The position numbers and the translations under genes were made by a program. The notes under the pieces were generated by a model, which made no database searches, had not been told where the DNA came from, and was given only the letters and a program-made list of their open reading frames with translations. From Octopus vulgaris (lineage: Eukaryota), in contig OX597835.1 in NCBI GenBank assembly GCA_951406725.2, forward strand, positions 14,818,001 through 14,882,000: 64,000 nt of DNA, written 5' to 3'. Below, piece after piece: positions 36,259 through 50,125 of the stretch; within the stretch, counting starts at the first letter, position 1, and each line of letters begins with the position of its first letter.

Positions 36259-38276
36259 TCATACTTGGCTACACAACCGACCATGTTCTGACTGGCATGA
36301 TGACGTAGCGTGCAAGGACGTCACCCAAGAATTAGCGGAATTACGACGAAGGACTTCAGCGTTTTTTGCAACGAAATAAATCTGTCTTGGTAAGGACTTA
36401 CTGTTGGCATCATTTGGCACGATATCAGGTCTGTTGAGGTGACCGTTCTGAAGAGGCATGACATCATTAACCAGAGATGTAGACGCGTGTCGAATTTTTT
36501 CCGTCGAATAAGGATATTTAAAAGTACTAAAGTTTTTCTTGTCCTTCTCCAGTAAGGAGATCTTTTCCGATTTACGAACCGAAGCAGCGCTATTATCGGT
36601 TGGTTGCACAACAGCACCGTTAAGCTTGCTCTTATAAACTTCGTTGTTATTATTATTATTACTGCTAACCACACCAGTAGATGTGTTCCGTTTACTGGTG
36701 TTGTTAGCACTATTCATTTTATTGTTTGACGAACGATCAACTTTTTGCTGATTGTCATTAGCAATTCCGTTTAAGTGGACATTTTCTTCCTCTTGGACGG
36801 CATGCAAATGACTATCAGGCTGGGGAGTTAAACAATTTCGATTGAAATATTGGTCACATTTGTTCCGCAAATCCATTTTATAGTCATGAGATAAGCTGCC
36901 ATCTCTTGACTCCAAAGCTCTGTTTTCAATGACTGATGTTGGTGAGTTTTGTGTTTCTAAAGTTTTTTCATATTCTTTTGTAATTTGACTCCAGTCCATG
37001 GACGGGCTGTGTACCTCAGCAGAAATGTTATGTGATGTGTCGCTAGCAGAACTTCCTTCACCCAAACTCTGATTGCTTCCATGGTTTCTTATACCTGATT
37101 CGTTTTCCGAGGCAGCAACATTAGCTTCGAGGCGATTAACTACGTCTTGGATCATGTCTATGTTTTTCTGTGCTTCTCTGTCTTCGGAGACAGAATTTAC
37201 TGACTCATCAAATGTCACTCGTGCCATTCCAGCTTTACGCGATTTATTCATCTTGCGTACCAAAACACTATTCGGAAGAGTCGATTCTTGTTCATCTCGA
37301 GGATGTTCGGCAATGGGCGGTAATTGAGATAACGTCTCTTCTTCGATAGTACCAACTGTGTCGGTGTCACAGCAGTCACTGTTTGTTGACATGCTAGGTA
37401 CCGACCCGTGGTGCCGTCTCCTTTTGCGCCGGTGTAACTCAGCTAGCTCAATCTGGTCGAAACTTGGGTTACGTACAATATGGTCACTCGGAACCATGAA
37501 GACTGGGTGACCTGCAGACACGTAGTCCAGGATTCTGAAGCGCCAACTTTGTTTCAGAGTTAACACCGACCAAAGGGCCACCCATAGAACCATATACGTG
37601 ACGTCAATGATGGCACATATCAACACGAACCTACTATGCGTCAATCTGTAGACATTGATTAAATCATAAATAATGGGTCCTTTACATAGAGCCAGAAATA
37701 CTAGACTGACCATTGCACACGAGTGCGGAATGTAACCTTGACACGTAGTGCGATTGATCGGAAAATAATCTTTTCCAAAGGCAGGGTGATGTCGTTGAAG
37801 AACGAGGCGGAATTTCTCCTCGAAGAAATGAAGGCCATACTCAAAAATTGTAATGGTAGATATAATCAAGAAGAATCCCCCGACAAGATAAAGTCCTAAA
37901 ACAGCTTGAGAAGGAAGCAAAAGTGGTATATCAGGATAGGCCCACCTGTTGAAGGCGACTTTATAGAGAATAGTCATACCACAGAAGGTAAAAAGAGAGT
38001 GAACTGTGAGCCAAAACAGCTGTAATGCAAATATGCAACTAAGTACTTTGTTAGTGTACCAGAAAATGGCTGAATATCTGGTGGAGAAGGCAAAAAATGC
38101 AGTTGTGAAGTAACAAAAGTTCAGTGATACTGGTTGTTCTGGTAAAATTAGAACATGACTGCCAACGAATTGTGTAATGTTAGGAAAGGAAGATAAATTT
38201 GTTTCGGGACGTGGGATGTTAGAATAGATCTTTCTTGGATGAAACAGGAAATCTAGATCCGTTGTCCAAATGGCAT
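36259..38276 (-). CDS. tinc: Terminal coding exon of a tincar-like multi-pass transmembrane protein (~670 aa encoded here; upstream exons not identified in window)
   Basis: The 572-aa ORF (36259-37977) stays open 299 nt further upstream to a canonical acceptor, adding AIWTTDLDFLFHPRK...TRYSAIFWYTNKVLSCIFALQLFWLTVHSLFTFCG before MTILYK. It has several hydrophobic helices followed by a long hydrophilic Ser/Asn-rich tail ending CSQV*. The motifs IWxTDLDFL and RYxAxFWxTNK...GMxxLYK match my recollection of tincar-family proteins; no database search was run. Confidence 0.8.
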
Positions 38277-38310
38277 CTGAAAATATACAGAGAGAGAGAA
38301 AGAAGGAAAA
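38277..38310 (-). promoter_or_regulatory. 3' splice acceptor (polypyrimidine tract + CAG) of the tincar-like last exon; phase-1 intron
   Basis: The minus strand reads ttttccttctttctctctctctgtatattttcag|AT GCC ATT TGG, and the frame stays open to the stop at 36259. Confidence 0.8.
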
Positions 38311-38848
38311 ATAGCATTAGATATTTTGATCAATCATTGAATCACTTTACCTCATAAGCAAAATCAACAGCTAGAGCAAAAATTCAATTATTTACATCAA
38401 TACAGCTTAACAACTAACAAGTTAATTTAGCTTCCATCTTAAAGCGTTAAATCTTTATATAAGTTAAATTGGCACCTTTCATGGGTTATATAAAAGATAT
38501 ACGCCCTGCTTAGTGAAATTCAATAAATTATCCCTAGGAAGAGTAACAACCATAATTGTGTGCTTACATCAAGCAGAAATTCTTCGATGCACCTTCAGCT
38601 GCGGAAAAAGCAGCCAAAAGGAAACTGTGGCTCATGAAACACTTTTAAAAGAAGAGGGTTGACAGTGACTTCAAAGTTTTGGTTTGTTAGCTTTCGTCGG
38701 ACTGACAGACGAAGAAACTGTCACCGCGCTTCTTTGTACACATATAAGAAATATATATATTCTTCCAAAAAATATTGAGTACTTACCCAGTTTATTGATA
38801 AATTGGTTTTATAATAATTCGGCATAAAATGTGTGTGTGTGTGTGTTA

Positions 38849-39148
38849 AGGCACATGGCTAAGTGGTTGGGGTGTTGCACTCACGATTGCGAAATCCTGG
38901 GCTCGATTCCCAGACCGGGCGTTGTGTTGTATTGTGTTCTTGAGCAAAGCATTTCATACCACGTTGCTCTGCGATCATTTTGACATCAGACGTGTGGCAC
39001 CCAGTTGCACCTGTACAGATGATATCGATCTGATCGAGGGAGTGATCTTATGTCTACACAAACATTTGATCTGTGTAAACAAATCATTTGTGTGGTCGTT
39101 CCGGCAAAAAATCTGTCGAAACCTCAAACGTCGTTTTAACGACAGGTG
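38849..39148 (+). mobile_element. SINE family D
   Basis: tRNA-like A/B boxes; body shared with the 0.84 kb copy. Confidence 0.7.
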
Positions 39149-39759
39149 AGTCAATCATGTACATACATAAACACCGCCCACACACACGCATACACACACG
39201 CCCACATAACAATATGCATGCAGATATACATACGCACACGAATATATTTAAATTAGTTTTCTGTGATTGTAAACGAAAAGCTAATTTCAAATCTAGAAAA
39301 TAAAATTAATATCATGTCATTGATACGACATTTCTCCCTTGTCAAGACACAGCAAAACTGTTCAATTAACTTTCAAAATGAAAAGCAAATTGTTTTTTTT
39401 AATTGGCAAGATGTTTCAACCACGGTGTACGCAGTCTCACCTCGACTCATTTGATATTCATGCTCACTCCAAAATTAATACAAAACGCATGGAAGGAAAT
39501 CAGTAAAAAATTTATTATCTTCGTTTAATGAGAAATCGCTTCTTTTATTTATTTAATTTATTTATTTTATTTATTCATTTTTTTTTTTTTAATTATGTAA
39601 AGATAAACCTCCCACTGCCAGAAGATGGCTCAGAAATGATATCTGCTGATTGCTTGCGAAAACCTGTGGAGTCGCTTAAAATAGAAATCATGAAATTGTT
39701 TAACAATAATAAATAGAGCAACTCCATTAATATACATCCCTGATATGACAAATTGTTGA

Positions 39760-40257
39760 ATGCGTGTGTGTACATTTGTGTGTGCGTGTTTGTGTATACA
39801 CTCAAACATACACACATATATACATATATATATATACACATATATATATATATACACACACACATAATATATACACATATATACATATATATATAAACAC
39901 ACACACACACATATACACACATATATACATATATGTATACACACATATATATACACATATATATACATACATACATATACACACACATACATATACATAC
40001 ATATACACACACACACATATACATACATATACACACACACACATATACATACATATATACATATATATATATATACACACACATACATACATATATATAC
40101 ACACACACATACATACATATATATATACACACACACATACATACATATATATATACACACACACACATACATACATATATATACACACACACACATACAT
40201 ACATATATATATACACACACACATACATACATATATATATACACACATATACATACA

Positions 40258-40293
<36 letters not shown>

Positions 40294-40520
40294 CACACAC
40301 ACACATACATACATATATATATACACACACACATACATACATATATATACACACACACATACATACATATATATACACACACACATACATACATATATAT
40401 ACACACACACATACATACACATATATATACACACACACATACATACACATATATATATATACACACACATACATACACACACATATATATACATACATGT
40501 ACACACACATGTATACACAC
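39760..40520. repeat. Higher-order (CA)n(TA)n(CATA)n minisatellite
   Basis: A ~26-30 bp unit (acacacacatacatacatatatatat) repeated many times. Confidence 0.95.
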
Positions 40521-41114
40521 GTAAATATTTGTCAGAGTATATGGTTCCAAGTAACCCGGTAGTACTCATAAAAACAGCTCCTTAATGTATCATTGACCAA
40601 ACCATATAGAATATATATTAATATATATATAAGAGAAAAAGATAGACAGATATGTTATTATAATTTGAAATTCTCTCTCCTGCGAGTTAAATTGGGATTC
40701 TTTAACGACAATGTAACCTTCGTATAATTAAGGTATCTTCGGTCTGGGGAGTAGCTAGGTGAGTATCGTTCGTCGAGTAATTATTACCTCAGAGGATCTG
40801 CTAACTAGGAAACATATGTAGGCTGGATTTTACCTGCTCCACTCCTTTAATTTGGATATACATACATACACACACACACACACGCACCTCGGTATAGTTT
40901 ATTTTTATCGATCCCAGTTTCCATTTTATCGATCCCAACATTCTGTCAGTTTGCAGGGCTCATGGCCAGCAGTCTTTGATGGGGAGGCACAGGTCGATTA
41001 CATCGACTCTATACTTCATCGGTATTTTATTTTGCGGATCCTGAAAGGCTAAACGGCTAAGCTGACTTCACTGGGGTTTGAACTAAGAACTCAAAGAGGC
41101 GGAAGAAATGCAAT

Positions 41115-41517
41115 TACTCTTTTACTTGTTTCAGTCATTTGACAGCGGCCATGCTGGAGCACCGCCTTTTAATCGAGCAAATCGACCCCGGGACTTATTC
41201 TTTGTAAGCCCAATACTTATTCTATCGATCCCTTTTGCCGAACTGCTAAGTGACGGGGACGCAAACACACCAGCATCGGTTGTCAAGCAATGCTAGGGGG
41301 ACAAACACAGACACACAAACACACACACATATACATATATATATAGATATATACGACGGGCTTCTTTCAGTTTCCGTCTACCAAATCCACTCACAAGGCT
41401 TTGATCGGCCCGAGGCTATAGTAGAAGACACTTGCCCAAGGTGCCACGCAGTGAGACTGAACCCTGAACCATGTGGTTGGTAAACAAGCTATTTACCACA
41501 CAGCCACTCCTGCGCCT
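41115..41517 (-). mobile_element. SINE family A, full length
   Basis: High identity to other copies. Confidence 0.9.
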
Positions 41518-42431
41518 ATTAAGCATTTTTTTTTTGCGACTTGTTAACGATTCTGCCAGTTCTGCACCCTTTTTTTTTATATATAGTTTCTATCTATGAC
41601 ATTCTACCCCTAAAGTATCAGCCCACGTGTCTCTATAGCCACGCAATGGTATCGAACTCAGAACCACGTAATTGCATAATATCCTAATCACTGCGCTACA
41701 TACTGGTTCAATGGCTTTGACGAAGAGTTAAATAAATAGAATTATCGATAAAATAAGAGTAATGTGGTATATAGCTGAACTGTAATGATTTATAGAGATG
41801 CAGATTCAGATAAGCAAACACAGGAGACGTGTTGGATATTGGCGAGAGAATCAGATGGCAGGCCATTGTTTGAGGAACGGTTTCGATTTTATCTCTACAA
41901 CAATACCGTATTTTAAACTATTTCCGAACTTTCTGTTAATTGCAGTGTATTATTCTACAAGAATTGTCTACTAACATGACCACTAACTAATGGAACAGTT
42001 GAAGTGAAACTCTGAATGTTATTCGAATGTCTCTAGATGAAACAGAAGTTAGTTTACCAGACGAACAAATAAATACAAAAACATAGGTATTTTGACAATC
42101 AGGCAATTTCACATTTTAGCTACTGCTTAATTATACGTTTTTAGTAATAACTTTTACACTAGACAATTTCTATTACCTGAAGAATATCCTTATGAAGTTA
42201 TATCAGCTTTTAATTCGTTTTTTAATTTGAGACTTTATAAAATTCTGTCCATTTGCTTATTGCCTGTTATTAATGAGTATTTGTTTGATGTTTGAAATAC
42301 GATACATGTAACGTGTTAGTGTTTCCGTCTCTCTACGTAGATAACACAAACGTGATTTCGTGCGAGAGAAGAATGAAAGAGAGATAGAAGTCACGAATTT
42401 CTGCTAAAAGATTTCGTGGCGATTTTGGTTT

Positions 42432-42797
42432 TTATTACCTCCCCCTTAGTGGAGGTATTGTTTTCAGTTGTGTTTGTTTGTTTGTTTATCCTTGGACAAG
42501 ATATCTCAAGAATTGCTGGATGGATTCGGATGAAACTTCCAGGGATGTTTAGCCTCGTGACTGACACGAACTGATTAGATTTTGGGATCGATCTTGTACC
42601 GGACAAGGGTTCTGGATTATTTTTCTGGTTTTTTTTTTTTATTAATTTTTGAGAGCAATCAGTTTCATTTTTAGTATTCACGTTTGTGAGAGCAGTCGAG
42701 TTTATTTCAGATATTCTCATTTTAAAACTCATCTCTGGCTAATCATTGAGAAGACATTGGTGTTGCCTTGGAGGAGGTTTGCACTCTCTGAGTGCTA
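42432..42797 (+). mobile_element. Helentron-associated (DINE-1/HINE-like) non-autonomous element
   Basis: Starts ttattacctccccc with a short palindrome and a (tttg)n microsatellite. Has a subterminal inverted repeat ggaggaggt and a 3' stem-loop gcactc-tct-gagtgc in T-rich flanks. Confidence 0.7.
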
Positions 42798-43847
42798 TTA
42801 TTGTTATTATTATTATTATTGTTATCTTTTACTTGATTCAGTCATCAGACTGCGGCCGTGCTAGGGCACTGCCTTGTAGAGTTTTAGTCAAATGAATGGA
42901 CCCCAGCACTTTTCTCTCTGGTACTTATTCTATAGGTCTCTTTTGCCGAATCGCTAAGTTACGGGGACGTAAACCAACACCAGCTGTCAAGCGGTGGTGG
43001 TATGAACACGCCCCCCCACACACATATATATATATACACGACAGGCTTTTCACAGTTTCCGTCTAACAAATCCCCTCGCAAGTCTTTGGCCGACCCAGGG
43101 CTGAGCTGTAGTAGAAGACACTTGCCCAGAGTGCCACACAGTGGGATTGAACCCGGAAACACGTAGTTGGGAAGCAAGTTTCTTACCACACAGCCACTGT
43201 ACCATTTAATTATCATTTCTGATTGAGTCCTAATGTTAATTTCCAAAGGTTCTACATCTACCCCTAAAACATTACTGATACTTACTTTATTGAACCCCTT
43301 ACCATCACCACCACCACCACCACCACACACCCTACTTGGTTCGACTTTAACATTCATTTAAAAGAAACTAACCAAACTGCGAGACAGTTAGTACGGCGCT
43401 TTAACACTTCTGTCAGCTCCTCGTTAAATTCATAACTTCGACGAGTCTCATACATATTTGGGAAAGGTGAGAGAATATCAGAAATAACATAGTAGAATAT
43501 TAAATACTTTGTTATTTCGTTTCTCTTTCCAATTCATTATTTAAATCTCACAGCATCGTCTTCGCTATTCAGTTGATAAAATCTGTAACAATTGTCTACA
43601 TATACAATAGTTTCGGCGGATTCCATACCCTCGCCACTCACCCGAAGTTTTTATGGCGCAACGCAGATATAACAACAAATTACATATCATTATAAATGTA
43701 TTACAGTTATAGAATTATAGTTTTTGGTAAAGCCATTAGCTCTCATTCTTTCACGGATTCTCAAGTGTATCTATGGTGCTCTAAAACACTGCGTCACTAA
43801 TTCAAATGCTTTGGGTTTCTTTTGTTTTAAGCAGTAACACAATATTC

Positions 43848-43879
<32 letters not shown>

Positions 43880-43887
<8 letters not shown>

Positions 43888-44095
43888 TATTATAAAATCC
43901 GTTCTGTCTGTCTGTGTGTCTTCTAGGATCTCGGGCATCCTCCATCCGATTGCGCTCAAATTTGATATGTAGATACCGACGATATCAGGGTGTGTATAAG
44001 TCTTGAAAAAATTACAAAAATCGATTCCAGGCGAGAATGCGATCGGTAAAGCCATGGGAACGTGCATTTGTACGCGCAAGTACATCAGCTGTTGC
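43880..44095 (+). mobile_element. 5' fragment of a Helitron-like element
   Basis: tatattataaaa...ctgtctgtctgtgtgtc...ccgattgcgctcaaatttg has the same architecture as the 5' part of the 22.1 kb element. No 3' CTAG was found. Confidence 0.5.
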
Positions 44096-44340
44096 GATGT
44101 ACTTACTGGTACTTTAAACTCTTCTGTTGCATATTTTTGTGAATAAAATCGTTTTTCTTTGGATTAGAAAAAAAAGTCTATCTTTATTTCTTCTTTTGTT
44201 GGTGTCTCAAATTTAGGTTATATCAGTGTTTCTCAAAGGGGAGGCCTATGGGACGGTCAGACAAGTTGTTTTGAGAAAATTTAGATTAAATGTTTGACAA
44301 CTCAGCACCGTCCATTGGACGGGGGGCTGGCGTTTTGCTC

Positions 44341-44384
<44 letters not shown>

Positions 44385-44586
44385 TGACTCTTTGGAATCT
44401 TAGGGTTGGCTAATCGGTCTCCGTGTCGTGTAACTCACTGGGATCAACGAAACGTCAGTCTACCGCAAGGTTACGCATTTATAGCCGAGTGGATTGGAGC
44501 CAAATATCATAAAGCCCGAGGCTACAGTAGAAGACACTTGCCCAAAGTGTCACGCAGTGGGACTGAACTCGGAGGCATGTGGTTGG

Positions 44587-44694
44587 TAAGCAAGCTTCTT
44601 ACCACACAGCCACTCCTGCGCCTAAGCAAGCTTCTTACCACACAGCCACTCCTGCGCCTAAGCAAGCTTCTTACCACACAGCCACTCCTGCGCC
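44587..44694. repeat. Three perfect 36-bp tandem copies of the family A SINE 5' end
   Basis: taagcaagcttcttaccacacagccactcctgcgcc x3. Confidence 0.95.
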
Positions 44695-46723
44695 TATAGT
44701 AAGACCATAGAAACAGAAAATATAGTCCGAACATTGTTCTTTCATCACACAGCGTCGAACTACTTCTCAGTTTGGTTTATTACTACGCCAGATATACATG
44801 GTTGACCTCAAAGAGATGAACTGTATTTGATGTGGTTTGTGGATGGAAGAAAACAAATAGCGATAAAAACAAAATAATGAAAATTCAAGAGTAATTAGTG
44901 AAAATGGTATTAATCACCAAGAAAATATTGTTTTCCTTTCACTACATCTCTCTCCCACCTCTCTACTGTGTGTGCGTCTCTCTCTCCCCCTATGTGTATC
45001 TCTCTCTCTCTCTCCCATGTGTGTGCGTCTCTCCCTTCTCTCTCTCTCTCTCTCTCTCTCTCCAATGTATTTTCCCTGTTTTGCTGGCATCGGTAATCAT
45101 GGTCCTCCATGACAAAATCTGAAGCGCCATAAATTTTCCTAGGGGAAGATAAAATAGCGGTTTTCTGTTGTATCTTGCCGGGTTATTTACGGTTTACTCT
45201 GCTCTGCTATTCTCCCCCTCTTCTAAGTTTGCTTTGGAGTACAGAACCTATTTGACCCTTAGGTAAAGGGATTGGTTCACGTTAGTTTGTGCGACATGTT
45301 TAGGGACCATTCTCTCACCCTCCGAATCCAGAATCTATTTGACCCATAACTGGTGCTCTTGACAGTGCTACCACCCTGGCTCAAAGTGGGCCTGGGAACG
45401 GTTCTACTCCAAAACCCATACACTCCCTGACTAGTCCCTCAAAACCTGATATAGTTTAATATATTACTCAGAATGTTATCGCACATTCAAATCTTTAGTC
45501 GTTAAATATTCTCTAGTATACACAACTGCTTTAGCTTTATGATGATGACGTCCCTGGGTATTTTTCATAAGGAATTGATACAATTTACAAAAGCAAAAAT
45601 CTTTGCATAAAATAGAGAAAAAGGAGAAAAGCAAATATCTAACATGAAACGAGAGACACTCCTATATTTAACAAAAAATTAAACAGTTGAAGAGAAACAG
45701 TTTCAGAAGAGGAGAAAGTATAATGTGTCTGCTAGGCATCATAAAAACAAGGAATTTGGGAGGTGCTTGCTAAAAATGGCGTTTAGAATAAATATTTTTC
45801 AAGGTAAAAATATCTTATTACAAGTAAACTAAGCTTACTTCAACGATGGTGAATCTCTGTTTGGGAAACCTTTTTTTTCATTTCCACCGCTCATAGAGAA
45901 GTTTATGTTCCACTACATTACAAACATCAATCAAAGCGGTCTTATATCTAAGTCAAGACATAAGCCACGGAACGACGTGAGCGGATAATCCTCATTAAAT
46001 TGAGACTTGTGGCTTAGTCTTTCAGCAGTATATTAAATCCATCATCCGGTTTTAATATCAGTGCATGGCAAATTGGACGCCTTCAGCCGAGTTACAAAGC
46101 ATTCTAGTGAAGTCTCCGGTTCGAAGCTACCTTTCCTTCCGTCTGTCTTGAATATTTGCAAAGGGTCAAGGTCTCTGCGCTTCCTTCTTCACTAAAAGAT
46201 GAACACTCGGGAAAGTAAATAAAGACCTAGCGATACGCATGGCTGTGTGGTAAGAAGTTTGCTTTCCAAGCGCACGGTTCCGTGTTCAGTCCCATCGCGT
46301 GGCACTTTCAGTAAATGTTTTTTACTACAGCCACAGGCTGAGCAGTGCTTTGTGAGTGAATTTAGTGAACGGAAATTGTGTAAAAGCTTATCGTGTGTGT
46401 GTGTGTATTTATTTATTTTATATGTGTTTCTCTTTGAGGTTTTTGTTCCTTGTACCACCGCTTGACAACCGGCGTCGGTTTGTTTACATTCCCCTAGGTT
46501 AGCGGTACGGCGAAAGAGACCGTAAGAATGAGTAACAGACTTTTAAAAGATAAAACGCTGGGCTTGATTTCATCGAGTAAACTCTTCAGGAGATGCCCCA
46601 GCATGACCTCAGTCCAAAGTCTAAAGCATATAATTGACCTTTTATATATCTTCATTCGTTTAAGAGGAAGTCTAAATTTTATTTGTAGACAAAGAAAACA
46701 TCTACAGACTTTATTATTATTAT

Positions 46724-46757
<34 letters not shown>

Positions 46758-46777
46758 GGTGGTATTTTGACCTCCGT

Positions 46778-46980
46778 TAACCCTTTAGCATTCAAACCGG
46801 CCATATCTGGCCAAGATATTTAACCTGTTATATATTGAAACTGACCAGATCTCAGCCCAACCATGTCATTCTAAAACTAAAAAAATCACATCACCGAAAT
46901 CTCTAAACTACAAGATAATGCATGATTAATTCAAACCATTTCAAATAAACAAAACAGCACATTTGACAAAATAATCTAAG
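46778..46980 (+). mobile_element. piggyBac-like MITE left end
   Basis: Starts TTAA|CCCTTTAGCATTC; no intact right end was found. Confidence 0.4.
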
Positions 46981-47427
46981 GAAATTGCAACCAACAGGAA
47001 AAGTGCTTTTTAAAGGCTTTCAATACATAATGGTTCCCACTTATCCAAACAAATGCCATTGGTTCACTTGAGTTATTTCCCTTACCTCATACTTTTTTTT
47101 CTTCTCTAATTACGATATCAGAACAAATGCTGAGGATTATGCTGCGCAAATTAGTTTATTAACTTAAGCCGTTCTACAATTTATAAAACACAAATAAAAT
47201 GAAATCCTTAATTGCACTTTCCAACATATTTTACTGATAAAATCTTCCCAATAATGAAGTTAACAGAGCTTCTGTTAACACGTTTCACACGGTTATACTT
47301 TCTGTGAAATCTCTACTGATGGAATCACTTAAAGAATCTCATTTGCAGCTTCTACAAATAATGAGAAACCGATAACCTATAATGAAACAAGAGATCGAAG
47401 CAAAAATAGTGTCGGAAAGAGAGATAA

Positions 47428-47486
47428 TGGCGGTGCCCCAGCATGGCCACAGCTCATGAGCTGAAACTAGAATCAATCAATCAATC
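47428..47486 (+). mobile_element. Extreme 3' tail of a CR1/L2-like LINE with (AATC)n terminus
   Basis: ggcggtgccccagcatggccacagctcatgagctgaaactagaatcaatcaatcaatc carries the same tail motif as the 16.9 kb LINE, plus a short tandem-repeat end. Confidence 0.65.
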
Positions 47487-47609
47487 ATAGAATGGCCGAA
47501 AAATCAGGAAAATTTTTCCGACTTTGTTGACCCGATGGTGAACTGTGTGGCTGTGTGGCAAGGAGTTTGCTTTTCATAGCGTGACCCCTTAAGCAAATGT
47601 TTCCTATCA

Positions 47610-47795
47610 TTTGTTTCAGTCATCTGACTGCGGCCATGCTGGAGCACCGCCTTTAGTCGAAACAAATCGACCCCAGGACTTATTCTTTGTAAGTCTAGTA
47701 CTTATTGTATCGCTGTCTTTTTGCCGAACCGCTAAGTTACGGAGATGTGAACAAACCAGCATCGGTTGTCAAGCGATGTTGGAGGACGACCACAG

Positions 47796-47849
<54 letters not shown>

Positions 47850-48010
47850 GACGGGCTTCTTTCAGTTTCCGTCTACCAAATCCACTCACAAGGCTTTGGT
47901 CGGCCCGAGGCTATAATAGAAGACACCTGCCCAAGGTGCCATGCAGTGGGACTGAACCCGTAACCATGTGGTTGGTAAGCAAGCTACTTACCACACAGCC
48001 ACTCCTGCGC
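47610..48010 (-). mobile_element. SINE family A, full length
   Basis: High identity to other copies. Confidence 0.88.
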
Positions 48011-48817
48011 TTCGAAAGAAGTGTCTATCAAACTAGCTTCTAAATATCGAATGAGGATCCATAAGAGTAAAACGGAAGATCAAAGGGGTCTATAGTCTAA
48101 AAACTGGTTGAGAATCCCTAGTCTATAAAATTTATACCAAGTTCACAAAAATGTTTCTGTATAAAGGATAATCAAAAAAAAAAAAACCTAAATGCTTACA
48201 GAAAACCTGTTTATAAATGTTTACGTCGTACTACATAAAGAGAAACTGGTTTCAGGTGTTTCCTGTCACATGACGTTGGCCGTTCAGAAGCAACCATGAC
48301 GGAAGCACTTGTTTCATTGTCATCTTCAAAACAGCGAAAGCTTCGTTGCAGTTTGATTGAAGACACGTGATCTGTCATCAGCCAATGAAATGCGGCTAAA
48401 ATTTAGAGAAATCATATTACCTCCAATTACACCAAACTAAACTTTTTATCTGTATCTTTTATGTGTTTCAGTTATTGAACTGCGGCCATGCTGGGGCACG
48501 TCCTTGACAGGTTTAGTCGAACAGGTCGACCCCTGTAATTATTTTTAAGTTTGATACTTAGTATTCGGTCTCTGGTCAAATCGCTAGGTTACGAGGACGT
48601 AAACAAGCCAGCAACGGTTGTGAAGCGGTGGTGGGGGAGGACAACGCTCCCCACCATATATATATATATGACGAGGTCATTCTAGTTTCCGTTTACCAAA
48701 TCCGCTCACAAGACTGCGAGCTATAAGATTTGCCAAGGTGCCACTGATCTTGGAACCATATGGTTGAGAAGCAAACTTCTTCCCACAGGCCAACGCCTTG
48801 AAATTGTCATTCACTTC

Positions 48818-50125
48818 GGCTCTCATTGTCCAAGCGTAAATTCGATCAGGTACTGCCATCATTGTCCAAGCGTAAATTCGATCAGGTACTGCCGTCCAAC
48901 CCGTGCTAGCGCGGAAAACGGACGTTAAACGATGATGATGATGATGACTTCGTTCCCTTTGGTTAAAAAGAAGAAAAAATGATTTCCTGAAGGCTGGGAT
49001 GGGATGGGGATTTGCGCTGAGTTTCTTACCAGTCGTGATATGGAATTGTTTCATTGCAGACATAGAACCCGGTAAGTTCTCGAAAAGTCGCAAAGTAGTT
49101 TTTATAGTTCGTGGATAGAGGTTAGAAGTTTCACAGTTTTTCTACAAAGACTCGGCGGAATTCTGTTTCAACATGGCTTTATCTACCAACCTATCCATCT
49201 AATTATCTCTATATCTGCGGTTTACCTCTCTGCCTACCTATCTACCTATCTTACGCGCACACATAATGCTATTGTCTAAATTTGTTCAGACGTGAACCAA
49301 ACACTATATCAATCAGATGACTACTTGAATAGTTCAAAAGCTTGACCTAACAAACACAACGTTAACGTCAAAAAGTCAGTCATCTAGTAAGTGGTTAGCA
49401 GTTTTCATAGCATCTATCTATAGAATACTTGAAGTAGGTGTATGAGCCTGAAACTTGAGGACACTTACTGTCTCAAAATGGCTGACTCTACAAGAGAGTT
49501 GGAGTAAAATATGAAAGCGTAATATAAACATAGAAGGCTGTGTATTTATTAAGAAACCACCAAGACATTGCAGTGACTGACTCAGTGCATTTATCTCTGT
49601 TTTGTCTCTCGTCTATGAATTATAAATGAAGTGGCTGTTAAGATACTTGTTGCAGAGAAAACAAGAATAGTTAATTGATTAAAATTACACCATTAGCGAT
49701 GAGGTCATTATTTAAATGATTAATTGTACACAACGGAAGCAGGAATATATACTAAAGTTAATTTAGTGTAAAGTGCTATAGGAAGTGAAGTGGAGCTTTA
49801 GTAGTAAGAACGATAATTCCGGATATATTACAAAATTATTAGACTTCGTTCGGGAAACTTTCACGGTCATTGGCTCTCATTGTCCAAGCGTAAATTCGAT
49901 CAGGTACTTCGTTCCTTTTGGTTAAAATGAAGGAAAAAATCATTTCCTGAAGGCGGAGATGGGGATTTGTGCTGAGTTTCTTACCAGTCGTAAAATGAAA
50001 TTGTTTCAATGCAGACATAGAACCCGGTAAGTTCTCGAAAAGTCGCAAAGTAGTTCTTATAGTTCGTTGATAGAGATGAGAAGTTTCACAGTTTTTCTAC
50101 AAAGACTAGGCGGGATTCTGTTTCA
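48818..50125. repeat. Dispersed direct duplication: 48818-49170 and 49872-50125
   Basis: Colinear ~250-bp match (ggctctcattgtccaagcg ... gcagacatagaacccggtaagttctcgaaaagtcgcaaagtag ... aaagact). Confidence 0.9.
48891..48946 (+). mobile_element. Very short 3' fragment of an RTE-like LINE ending in (GAT)n
   Basis: gccgtccaacccgtgctagcgcggaaaacggacgttaaac(gat)n is absent from the paralogous site at ~49908 and flanked by act/act. Clade assignment is inferred from the tail type. Confidence 0.6.

Noticed and set aside
36321-37327. Alternative-frame and antisense ORFs inside the tincar-like exon
   Set aside because: Short shadow ORFs of the real coding exon, with no independent support.
39593-40585. 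300-aa ORFs just upstream of the tincar-like exon
   Set aside because: Pure (CA/TA) minisatellite; not an exon. The same applies to ORFs at 15.4, 28.5 and 30.9 kb.
44587-44694. 36-bp repeats superficially like a CRISPR array
   Set aside because: There are no spacers, the unit is the 5' end of SINE family A, the context is eukaryotic, and no cas genes are present.
48300-48386. CTGATGA...GAAAC on the minus strand as another hammerhead
   Set aside because: The cleavage triplet would be GUG, and stems I and II do not close.
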